From: Planctomycetota bacterium
GTDB taxonomy: Bacteria; Planctomycetota; Phycisphaerae; WQYP01
Assembly (NCBI GenBank): GCA_021827645.1
Contig: JAKAVA010000045.1
Span: 17,410-81,409 of the forward strand
Length of the DNA stretch: 64,000 nucleotides
Reading direction: 5' to 3'
Under the pieces are notes generated by a model. The model was not told the origin of the DNA, did not search any database, and saw nothing but the letters and a program-made list of their open reading frames with translations. Numbering within the stretch: position 1 is the stretch's first letter; every line of letters begins with the position of its first letter. The position numbers and the translations under genes are program-made. Shown here piece by piece: positions 46,803 through 54,942 of the stretch.

Positions 46803-47091
46803 GATGTCTACTCCTTATACTCGCAGGGTGCAAATGGTAATACAACCCTGAACGTCTTTTGGCCCGGCCCCGGGGGCGAAGGCGACATGATGCGTAAGAG
46901 TGTCAGTCCTTCGGCAGGCACCCAACCCGCCGGCCCGGCAGGCCGCACGCCCGCGTGAAACCGACCATTCCCATCCGCATTCGCCTTCGCCCCGTCCGCA
47001 ATCCAAATTCGCACAATCTCAGCATCCCTTGGGGCGACTCTGTAAAGGATGCCCGACGGCCGCACTTCGTCCGACCGACACATATCAGTAA

Positions 47092-47107
47092 AGCATAACA
47101 CGTGCCA
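47092..47107 (-). promoter_or_regulatory. sigma-54 (-24/-12) promoter facing rtcB
   Basis: The minus strand reads TGGCACGTGTTATGCT. GG and GC have the canonical 11-nt register of TGGCAC-N5-TTGCW. It lies in the divergent rtcR/rtcB intergenic region, as expected for an RtcR-activated promoter. Confidence 0.6.
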
Positions 47108-47254
47108 GGAGATGCTTCCCGAGGCGCCATATGACACGTATCCATTTATATTACATGATGTTACGATTTTTGAATCTTTTTGTTTTACACCCCATGCCGT
47201 TACGTCCTCCGTGGAACATTTTAGTTTTTTATCTAATTATGTAGAATATAATCT

Positions 47255-48883
47255 ATGGCTCGACGTAAGACGGTAGTGATTGGCTTTCTCGGTTCAGTGC
47301 TTGACGGCGGCATGGGGCCGGAGCGTTGGGATCGGTGGCGTCCCACCGTGGATCTGTGCCGCCACGAAGATTTTCTCGTGGATCGTCTGGACCTGCTCAC
47401 GCAGAAGAAATTTAACCACATTCTGGACCGGGTCACGCAGGACATCGCGGGCATATCGCCGGAGACGCAGGTCGTGCCGCACCTGTGCGAATTGAAAGAC
47501 CCGTGGGATTTTGAGGAGGTGTACGGGGCCCTGCACGATTTTGCGGCCGGATATGACTTCCGCATGGCGGAAGACGATTATTACATTCACATTACAACCG
47601 GCACGCACGTGGCGCAGATATGCCTGTTCCTGCTTACGGAATCCGGTCGGCTGCCGGGCCGACTGCTCCAGACGATGCCTCCGCCCGGCCATCGGCGATC
47701 CGCGCCGGGGGGCCTGAGCGTGATTGATCTGGACCTTTCGAAATACGACCGGATCGCCGGCCGGTTTGAACAGGAAAAAAAGGACAGCCTGACCTTTCTC
47801 AAGGGGGGGATTTCAACCCGCAACCGCGCGTTTAATGACATGATCGCCGAGATTGAGCACATCAGTATCTCATCATCGGCGCCCATTCTCCTCATGGGAC
47901 CCACGGGGGCGGGCAAATCGCAGTTGGCCCGGCGGATATTTGAACTCAAAAAGAGTCGGCGACAGATCACGGGCGAATTTGTCGAACTCAACTGCGCCAC
48001 CCTGAGAGGTGATTCCGCCATGTCGGCTCTTTTTGGACATGTGAAGGGAGCCTTCACCGGCGCCAGCACCTCCCGTGACGGCCTGCTCCGCCGCGCCAAC
48101 GGCGGCCTGCTGCTTCTCGATGAGATCGGTGAGTTGGGCCTCGATGAACAATCCATGCTGCTGCGGGCCCTTGAAGACAAGCGTTTTTTGCCGGTAGGGG
48201 CCGATACCGAATCCTCGAGTGATTTTCAGTTGATCGCCGGCACCAACCGCGATCTCCAGAGAGCCGTGCAGGATGGGTTATTTCGCGAAGATCTGCTTGC
48301 CCGGATCAATCTCTGGACTTTTCATCTGCCCGCCCTGCGGGATCGCCCAGAGGATATCGAGCCGAATATCGCCTTTGAACTCGAAGCGATCAGCCGGCGG
48401 ATCAATAAAAAGCTGGCCTTCAGCCGCGAGGCCTATGAAACCTATCTGGCGTTCGCCCGGTCGGACCGTGGGCTCTGGCGGAGCAACTTCCGCGACCTCA
48501 ATGCCAGCATCACGCGTATGGGCACCTTGGCGGAAGGTGGTCGGATCACAGGGACGCTGGTAAGCCGGGAGATCGAACGCCTTGAGCGGTTGTGGGTTCG
48601 GCCCGAGGGAGCCACCACGCAACCCGCGACTTTTGCCGATTTGCCGCCACAGCACCCATGCGGGGAACTGGACCTATTTGACCGCATGCAACTTGCATCG
48701 GTTCTGGAGGTCTGCCGCGACAGCCGCTCGCTTTCCGAGGCCGGGCGGAAATTATTTTCCTCCTCCCGCAACCGGAAAAGGAGCGTCAATGACGCGGACC
48801 GGCTGCGGAAATATCTTCTGCGCCACGGCCTGACCTGGGAGACTATCGGCGGGGCCTATCGGGCGCCAGCCGGTGGCGAATGA
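47255..48883 (+). CDS. rtcR: sigma-54-dependent transcriptional activator RtcR (CARF-AAA+-HTH)
   Basis: N-terminal RtcR-type CARF region (MARRKTVVIGFLGSVLDGG...WRPTVDLC). AAA+ domain with Walker A LLMGPTGAGKSQLA, GAFTGA loop (HVKGAFTGAST) and Walker B LLLLDEIGEL. Divergent from rtcBA. Confidence 0.93.
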   Translation: MARRKTVVIGFLGSVLDGGMGPERWDRWRPTVDLCRHEDFLVDRLDLLTQKKFNHILDRVTQDIAGISPETQVVPHLCELKDPWDFEEVYGALHDFAAGYDFRMAEDDYYIHITTGTHVAQICLFLLTESGRLPGRLLQTMPPPGHRRSAPGGLSVIDLDLSKYDRIAGRFEQEKKDSLTFLKGGISTRNRAFNDMIAEIEHISISSSAPILLMGPTGAGKSQLARRIFELKKSRRQITGEFVELNCATLRGDSAMSALFGHVKGAFTGASTSRDGLLRRANGGLLLLDEIGELGLDEQSMLLRALEDKRFLPVGADTESSSDFQLIAGTNRDLQRAVQDGLFREDLLARINLWTFHLPALRDRPEDIEPNIAFELEAISRRINKKLAFSREAYETYLAFARSDRGLWRSNFRDLNASITRMGTLAEGGRITGTLVSREIERLERLWVRPEGATTQPATFADLPPQHPCGELDLFDRMQLASVLEVCRDSRSLSEAGRKLFSSSRNRKRSVNDADRLRKYLLRHGLTWETIGGAYRAPAGGE

Positions 48884-49001
48884 TCCGCAGGTTTCAGTGA
48901 TCTTGGCAAGCGACATGCGGCCACACACCAAAGCGGCTGCCCCGCGATCGACAAGATGAAGACAGGGTTGAACGGTTGCGCGTCGGCGCGGGCGGAAAAG
49001 A

Positions 49002-50090
49002 TCACAGATTGCCGCGGGAAAGTTTCTGCCGGATAAATTCAGCCCGGACGGCCTTGCGGGTTGCCTCATCGAGTTCGCCGCCCCGGAGCTTCTGCAGGTG
49101 AGCCGTTTGGGCAAGTAGAAATAAATTATTAATGTTACTCAGCTCCAGACCGCTGATCCGCCCCAGGGTCACCCCCAGCCGGAGATAGGAGAGGTGGTAA
49201 AGGGCTTCCTCGGCCGTGAGCAGTCGGGCGTGACTGAGCACTCCCAAGGCCCGCCCGATCCGGTCATCAATCAGCAGCGGGTTCTCCTCCACCAGCAGTT
49301 CGCGTGCCGCTGACTCGGCCTGCAGAATCCGCGGGACCACCTGATCGTTGAACTCCCGGATGATCTCCTGTTCGCTGCGGCCCAGCGTGGTCTGATTGCT
49401 GATCTGGTAAAAATCGCCCAGGGCTTCCGTCCCCTCACCGTAAAGCCCTCGGATGGCAAGGCGCATATCCTTGGCGGCCTGCTTGATCTGATCAATTTTT
49501 CCGGTCAACTGCAGTGCGGGAAGGTGCACCATGACCGACACGCGCAGCCCGGTTCCCAGGTTGGTGGGGCATGCGGTCAGGTAGCCGAGCTTGTCACTGA
49601 AAGCAAAGTCCAGTCCGGCTTCAAGCTCATCATCCACCATGCCCGCCTTCTGCCAGCATTCCTGAATCTGAAGCCCGGGTGCGATAGCCTGTATCCGCAG
49701 ATGATCTTCTTCGTTGACCATCACACTGATATCTTCCCCTTCGGTGATAAACACACCCTTGCTGCCGTCCGGTGCCGCAAGCTGGCGGGAGATCAGATGT
49801 CGCTCCATGAGCATCTGGCGGTCGATGTCGTGCGTATCTGACATTTCGACATAGAGATGACCGGGGGCTTCCTTGAGTTTTTCCAGTCGACTCCGCAGCG
49901 TGGTTTGGATTTCTTCCCGCTGCGGTTCGGATGCCTTGCTCATAAAAGGAAACGCGAGCAGATTCCTGGCCAGCCGCACACGCGAACTGATCAGGATGTC
50001 ATTTTTTGGCCCCTCTCCCATCAACCAGTGACACGGGCGATTGGGCATGGATTCAAGTGTCAGCATATGTGGATTGTCCAAATCACTCAC
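49002..50090 (-). CDS. mcsB: protein arginine kinase (ATP:guanido phosphotransferase)
   Basis: SSRVRLARNLLAFPF, VNEEDHLRIQ, LTACPTNLGTGLRVSVMVHLPAL. The start overlaps the mcsA stop (ATGA). Confidence 0.93.
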   Translation of the reverse strand: MSDLDNPHMLTLESMPNRPCHWLMGEGPKNDILISSRVRLARNLLAFPFMSKASEPQREEIQTTLRSRLEKLKEAPGHLYVEMSDTHDIDRQMLMERHLISRQLAAPDGSKGVFITEGEDISVMVNEEDHLRIQAIAPGLQIQECWQKAGMVDDELEAGLDFAFSDKLGYLTACPTNLGTGLRVSVMVHLPALQLTGKIDQIKQAAKDMRLAIRGLYGEGTEALGDFYQISNQTTLGRSEQEIIREFNDQVVPRILQAESAARELLVEENPLLIDDRIGRALGVLSHARLLTAEEALYHLSYLRLGVTLGRISGLELSNINNLFLLAQTAHLQKLRGGELDEATRKAVRAEFIRQKLSRGNL

Positions 50091-50584
50091 CCGGCCTGTT
50101 CTTCCATCGCCTTGATTTTATCGCGTAATTCGGCGGCATGACGATAATCCTCATCCGAAACCGCCTGCGAAAGCTCCGCCTTCATCTGCAGGATCGCCTG
50201 CTTGCGGCGCAGATAATCCGGCCCGTTGATCAGTCGGGCCGCGGGTATCTTACCCGTGTGGTGGTTACCACCGGCCTGAGCCGTTTCAATCCAAGCGGCG
50301 AGTTGCACGGCAAAAATATCATAATCCCGAATGCACCCGAGCAAACCCGTATCCTTAAATTCCTTCCAGGTCATGCCGCAATCCGGACACTTGAGATTCT
50401 TCACCTCGTCGGCCGTTCGACCGATGATCAGGGCATTGACCGATTCGAAGAAAGATGCGTGTTTCTGGGCGGCCAGACCCTGTTCGGCAGCACATTGATC
50501 ACAAAGATGAAGTTCCCGGATGGCTCCGCCGCTGATTTCCTTGATATGAACCGTAGCAGGTTTTTGGCACCGATCACAGCTCAT
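50087..50584 (-). CDS. mcsA: McsA-like UvrB/UvrC-motif zinc-finger protein (McsB activator)
   Basis: CDRCQ...CDQC and CPDCG Cys pairs, and a C-terminal UVR motif SDEDYRHAAELRDKIKAMEE. Translationally coupled to mcsB. Confidence 0.85.
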   Translation of the reverse strand: MSCDRCQKPATVHIKEISGGAIRELHLCDQCAAEQGLAAQKHASFFESVNALIIGRTADEVKNLKCPDCGMTWKEFKDTGLLGCIRDYDIFAVQLAAWIETAQAGGNHHTGKIPAARLINGPDYLRRKQAILQMKAELSQAVSDEDYRHAAELRDKIKAMEEQAG

Positions 50585-50684
50585 CTACGCACCTACTCAA
50601 GTCAGTTTGACCCATCAAGCCGCCGTTCCAGACCCCTCTTATATTAGGATTGCTCCCGGCGCGATTCAAATGCGGCCGTGCACC

Positions 50685-50945
50685 TCAATCCGGTATCTGA
50701 TCCTTATACTTTTCCCGAAACGCCTCCATTGAGCCAATTTCCGGCGGCACGATGGCATCGGAAATCAGCAATACCGGTATCCCGTCACGTATCGGATAGC
50801 GCAGGCCACCAACCTCGGCAACCAGAAAGTCACCTTCCTGATGCAGGCGACTCCGCGTGAGAGGACAGACTAATATTTCCAGCAGGTCCGGATCGATCAC
50901 AGGCGTTTTCCCTTGCTGACTCGGTTCCATGAATCCACCATCCAT
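50685..50945 (-). CDS. Trm112/YcaR-family small protein
   Basis: [49 protein letters not shown] is the typical Trm112 (DUF343) core. Confidence 0.8.
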   Translation of the reverse strand: MDGGFMEPSQQGKTPVIDPDLLEILVCPLTRSRLHQEGDFLVAEVGGLRYPIRDGIPVLLISDAIVPPEIGSMEAFREKYKDQIPD

Positions 50946-51015
50946 CTGATTTTAACCGAAATCCATCGAAAGTCTTAAGACCTGCGCCCGCCCCGGGGGG
51001 AAACACAATATTATT

Positions 51016-51930
51016 TTATGTCGATCCCTTTGTCCGCTGCAGAGCCGCCCGCGCCACCGCCGTCAGGAAGACATCATGTACCCGGTAGATGAGCACCGCA
51101 GGGTGATGCACTGCCGCAAGCAGGACCGCGGAGGCGATATCGCGGTGCTGCCAATCCTGCCGGTGCGGCGGCAGAAGATCGCGTGTGATCCGCTTACGGG
51201 AAAATCCCACCGCCAGGGGAGAATCCAACGCAGCAAGATCGCCAAGCTGACGCAAAATCTGCCAGTTATCCGCAGCCGCTTTACCAAAGCCGATACCGGG
51301 ATCAAGGATCACGTGTTCTGCTGGAATTCCCGCCTCCAGTGCCGCCGCTTTCATCTGCCGCAGTTCACCAACCAGATCGCTGACAACATCGGCGCGAGGT
51401 TTGGGCGGCTGGTCGGGACTCTCCGGCCAGGCGTGCATGAGGATGATCGGACACCGGGCCTGTGCGGCCAGCGCCAGCATACCCGGATCGTGCCGCCCCC
51501 CCGAAACATCATTGATCATCGCCGCACCGGAATCCAGCGCCGCACCGGCTACCCGAGAGCTTCGCGTATCGACACTGATCGCCACGGTGCCGAATCCATT
51601 GTCATCAAGCAGGCGCCGGGTTTGCTTCAGAGCGTCGGAGAGCCGCAGAATCTGCTGGGCAGGCGGCACCGGCACGACTCCTTCACGATGAAACGATGTC
51701 GCCTCGGCCCCCATATCAATGATGTCCGCACCGGCCTGCGCCATCTCCAGGGCTGCCGCCGCGACCGCCGCCGCATCGACACCGCCAGCAGTGAAAAATC
51801 GGCCGCCGTCGCTGAAACTCTCTGGCGTCAGATTCAAAATCCCCATGATGAGGGGTCGGCGCGACACGGGCAGTCCGGGAAGAATTGCTCCTTCCTTCAG
51901 AGAACTCACGATGGAGGGCGTGTCGTTCAA
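51016..51930 (-). CDS. folP: dihydropteroate synthase
   Basis: IMGILNLTPESFSDGGRF, GADIIDMGAEATSF, SVDTRSSRVA, INDVSGG, DPGIGFGK. Confidence 0.95.
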   Translation of the reverse strand: MNDTPSIVSSLKEGAILPGLPVSRRPLIMGILNLTPESFSDGGRFFTAGGVDAAAVAAAALEMAQAGADIIDMGAEATSFHREGVVPVPPAQQILRLSDALKQTRRLLDDNGFGTVAISVDTRSSRVAGAALDSGAAMINDVSGGRHDPGMLALAAQARCPIILMHAWPESPDQPPKPRADVVSDLVGELRQMKAAALEAGIPAEHVILDPGIGFGKAAADNWQILRQLGDLAALDSPLAVGFSRKRITRDLLPPHRQDWQHRDIASAVLLAAVHHPAVLIYRVHDVFLTAVARAALQRTKGST

Positions 51931-53045
51931 GTGGCGCCCGTGGTTTCAAACAACGAATGCGGCACGATCAGGCCTGCGGATTTGAAATATTCAATGGCCT
52001 CATCAACCGACGCGAACACCCGTGTCGCGGTCTGCGTCACAAACGGGCTCGGCCCGCTCTGCGGCTTCCAGATGACGTAGACATCGCGACCATGATCAAA
52101 GGCATGCTGCAGTTCGCGTTCCACGCCGCTGGAGAGCCCGGGCCGCCCGCCGGGAAGTTCAGGAATCAGCGAGACGATCATGTCGCTCTGCCGCACCATC
52201 ATGAAATCGCGGGCATAGATCTGGCCGTTGATGTCTGCCCCGACGGAGACAATCTCCGCCGTCCGCAGCGAAAGCGTCCGGCCGTCCGCTTCGATATTAA
52301 TCGTCTGCTGATTTTCCCCCAGCGCGGCGACCGCCCGGTCGTAGAGCTGCTTTTCATCCACATCGCCGGGGTCGAAGGTGATGAAGTATTCGGCGAGTGT
52401 TCGCCTGAAGCGCCGAATCTCCTCGAGCACTTCGGGCATATCCACCACATGACTCATAGGAAAGCTGGGGTATACCTTCCGCATGGTCGGCCGGGTAAGC
52501 AGACGAAAGAGACTTTGGGCGGTTGATTGCTCCCGTCCTCGAGCCAGCACGAAAAACGGTGTCGGCTTGCCGGGACTCACCTTGGAAATAATCTCGGTGG
52601 CGAGAATTTCCTCCTCCCGCCAGACGAGCAGATCCTTGAGCGTGTGGCTCTCAGCCCCATCACGCAAAAGCCGGGCGTGAACCGCCTCGACATTATCCAG
52701 AAGCGTGACATAAATATCCGCCTTGAACTGCGCAAGTTGATCAAAATCAAAGGCTGAAAACAGCCCGTTCCGCCAGCGAAATGTGGCATGCGTGTTGACG
52801 ATAACATGCGGATAACGCTCCGCCTCATTGAGAATATCCCGAAAAACCGCACGCCGGAGGCTCGTCAGGCGCGACAGCGGCAAATCGAGAATATGCCCGG
52901 GCCGCACATCCGGAGCCTCACGGTACATCATGTCGCCAACATTAAATACCCGGACCGGCTCTCCGGCCAACCGGGCAATTTCCTGCACCTGCTGCAGATA
53001 CGCCGGCCTGTCGAGTCCGACCTGCCCTGTAATCATCATTCGCAT
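51927..53045 (-). CDS. hypothetical two-domain protein: archaeal-adenylate-kinase-like N-half (degenerate P-loop) plus nucleoside 2-deoxyribosyltransferase-like C-half
   Basis: MRMMITGQVGLDRPAY..., HVIVNTHATFRWRNGLFSAFDF, DIYVTLLDNVEAVHARLL. C-half: VYPSFPMSH...IYARDFMMVRQSDMIVSLIPE...SSGVERELQHAFDHGRDVYVIW. The stop overlaps the folP ATG (ATGA). The CDS is confident; the function is not. Confidence 0.6.
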   Translation of the reverse strand: MRMMITGQVGLDRPAYLQQVQEIARLAGEPVRVFNVGDMMYREAPDVRPGHILDLPLSRLTSLRRAVFRDILNEAERYPHVIVNTHATFRWRNGLFSAFDFDQLAQFKADIYVTLLDNVEAVHARLLRDGAESHTLKDLLVWREEEILATEIISKVSPGKPTPFFVLARGREQSTAQSLFRLLTRPTMRKVYPSFPMSHVVDMPEVLEEIRRFRRTLAEYFITFDPGDVDEKQLYDRAVAALGENQQTINIEADGRTLSLRTAEIVSVGADINGQIYARDFMMVRQSDMIVSLIPELPGGRPGLSSGVERELQHAFDHGRDVYVIWKPQSGPSPFVTQTATRVFASVDEAIEYFKSAGLIVPHSLFETTGAT

Positions 53046-53131
53046 GCGTCACCCACCCTCATTGTATCGCACCTCCGGCCGAGCTGGCGCGGAATCCGGC
53101 CCCGATCATTTCACATCCAGCAGCCGACCGC

Positions 53132-54424
53132 TCACTGCTGCACCGCGGACTGGGGAATGGTAATGCGAACTCGGCGGACACGACGCTGATCGCTTTCCAC
53201 CACCGCCAGTTCGATGCCCTCAATTGTCAGCACCGTGCCACGCCCCGGAATCACCCCCAACTGATTGATCATCAATCCGCCGATGGTTTGATAATCCTGA
53301 TCTTCCGGCAACCGGAGGTCCAACTCCCGGTTGATATCCGTCACATTGGCCCGTCCGTCCACTTCAACGGTGTGTTCATCGATCCGTTGAAACGGAAGCG
53401 GCGAGGTCTTTTCATATTCATCGGCAATGTCGCCGACGATTTCCTCCAGAATATCCTCACTGGTCACCAGCCCCGCCGTGCCGCCGAATTCATCCAGCAC
53501 TATCGCCATATGCACGCGCTGGGCGCGAAACTGCCGCAGCAGGTCACGCAGCGGTTTGGAGTGCGGAACAAAGAGCGGCGGCCGCATCAACCGTGCCACA
53601 TTCGGCTCTTCCGTCGGGCGATTACCACCAAGCCACGGCAGCAGATCTTTGGCGTACAAAATCCCCACGATGTTATCGGTTGAGCCGTCATACACCGGCA
53701 CCCGCGAGAGGCCGTCCTTCATGATCTTGTCGCGTATGACATCAATCGGATCATTGAGGCTCACGGTGACCATATCGGTCCGCGGTGTCATGATCTGACT
53801 GACCTGCAGATCGCGGAAACTGATAATCCCCTCGATCATTTTTCGCTGTTCATCATCGACTGCACCTCCGGCAGTCCCCTCCGATACAACCGCCAGTATC
53901 TCCTCCTGATGTTCGTGGGTTTCGTCAAGGGCGTGAGATTCCGCCGTCAAGCCCAACAGCCGCCGCAGAAAGCTGTCGAAAAGACGCAGAAACCGTACCA
54001 AAGGATAAAACACGCGATCGGCGGTCCGCAGCGCCGGCCAGGTTGCGGCAATAAGGGCTTCGCCACCATAGTTGGCCCACGCCGAGGCGAACGCGACGGA
54101 AAAAATCATCTGAATTAAAAAGGCGAGCAGCGTCGCCAAAACAACATCCAGCATCATGCGGCCAGCACCAGACTGCCCCAGCGCGGTGGTAACCAGCGCG
54201 ACGGTCATCGACACATTGCACACAATACGGATGATGGATGCGGTGAGCGCGAAATCAATCTGCCGCTCCACAAGCTGTGGGGCATTTACGGCACGGCCGC
54301 GCCGGGCAAATTCCTCTTCCAGCCTGACTTTGGAAAAGCTGCGGACGGCATACGCCAGGGCCGATGCGATCAGCGTGCCCGGCACCGCAATCAGAAGCAC
54401 GATCAGCAGCATCAGCGTCGACAC
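53132..54424 (-). CDS. CorC/HlyC-family protein (DUF21 - 2xCBS - CorC_HlyC)
   Basis: Four N-terminal TM helices, a CBS pair (ISFRDLQVSQIMTPRTDMV...; PLFVPHSKPLRDLLRQFRAQRVHMAIVLDEFGGTAGLVTSEDILEEIVGDI), and a C-terminal transporter-associated domain. Confidence 0.9.
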   Translation of the reverse strand: MSTLMLLIVLLIAVPGTLIASALAYAVRSFSKVRLEEEFARRGRAVNAPQLVERQIDFALTASIIRIVCNVSMTVALVTTALGQSGAGRMMLDVVLATLLAFLIQMIFSVAFASAWANYGGEALIAATWPALRTADRVFYPLVRFLRLFDSFLRRLLGLTAESHALDETHEHQEEILAVVSEGTAGGAVDDEQRKMIEGIISFRDLQVSQIMTPRTDMVTVSLNDPIDVIRDKIMKDGLSRVPVYDGSTDNIVGILYAKDLLPWLGGNRPTEEPNVARLMRPPLFVPHSKPLRDLLRQFRAQRVHMAIVLDEFGGTAGLVTSEDILEEIVGDIADEYEKTSPLPFQRIDEHTVEVDGRANVTDINRELDLRLPEDQDYQTIGGLMINQLGVIPGRGTVLTIEGIELAVVESDQRRVRRVRITIPQSAVQQ

Positions 54425-54942
54425 GTGGCATTCCTCGATTTTTGATACACCGGTCCGATGCCGAGGTCGGTAAGCAGCTCGTCCTCACGGCGATGCATGC
54501 GCCGGGCGTCCGCCGGATTTTTGTCATCGTACCCGCTCACGTGCAGCAGGCTGTGCACGGCGTAAAGCAGCAGTTCAGATCGCAAGTCAATCTCCCGTCT
54601 GCAACTCTGGCGATGGGCTTCATCGGCACAAATCGCGGTGTCGAGTTCCAGCGGGTCGGTCGGCAATCGGCATCCTTCGCCCCGCATATCGAACGTGATC
54701 ACATCGGTGGTCTCGGCGATTCCAAAAAATTTCTGATGCAAAAATTCCATTTCCGAATCGGTGACGATCTGCACAGCCCAAACACCATTACGAATTCCCA
54801 TATTCCGGCAAACCTGCCGCAGGCGGTTTTTCAGCCATGTAATATCCGCCTCAGTCATCTGCAGCGGGCCATTTTTCCCGCCCCGTTTATTTCGGCCTGC
54901 CACCAGCGACGACGCCGGATGAATGGATATCGCCACTGCCAT
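54412..54942 (-). CDS. ybeY: rRNA maturation endoribonuclease YbeY
   Basis: TDVITFD and AVHSLLHVSGYDD (zinc motif H-x3-H-x5-[H], with the third position Asp here). Sits between the 7TM-HD gene and the corC-like gene, as in many bacteria. Confidence 0.88.
   Translation of the reverse strand: MAVAISIHPASSLVAGRNKRGGKNGPLQMTEADITWLKNRLRQVCRNMGIRNGVWAVQIVTDSEMEFLHQKFFGIAETTDVITFDMRGEGCRLPTDPLELDTAICADEAHRQSCRREIDLRSELLLYAVHSLLHVSGYDDKNPADARRMHRREDELLTDLGIGPVYQKSRNATCRR

Noticed and set aside
46824-46850. TTGCA-containing stretch GGTTGTATTACCATTTGCA just upstream of rtcB, as a possible sigma-54 promoter.
   Set aside because: There is no TGGCAC-like -24 element at the required 11-nt register. The sequence forms the CAGGGT/ACCCTG hairpin instead. 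The properly spaced promoter is at 47107..47092.
46191-46958. 255-aa plus-strand ORF across rtcB and its leader.
   Set aside because: Antisense to rtcB (full motif set on the minus strand). The translation is Arg/Pro-rich and shadow-like.
50606-50612. GGTCAAA (minus strand) 22-28 nt upstream of mcsA, identical to a CtsR operator heptad.
   Set aside because: CtsR boxes are tandem heptad repeats (GGTCAAA-NAN-GGTCAAA). Only one heptad is present, and no ctsR gene is seen.
51076-52080. 334-aa plus-strand ORF.
   Set aside because: Antisense to folP and the start of the upstream gene. Arg/His/Gln-rich with no motifs.
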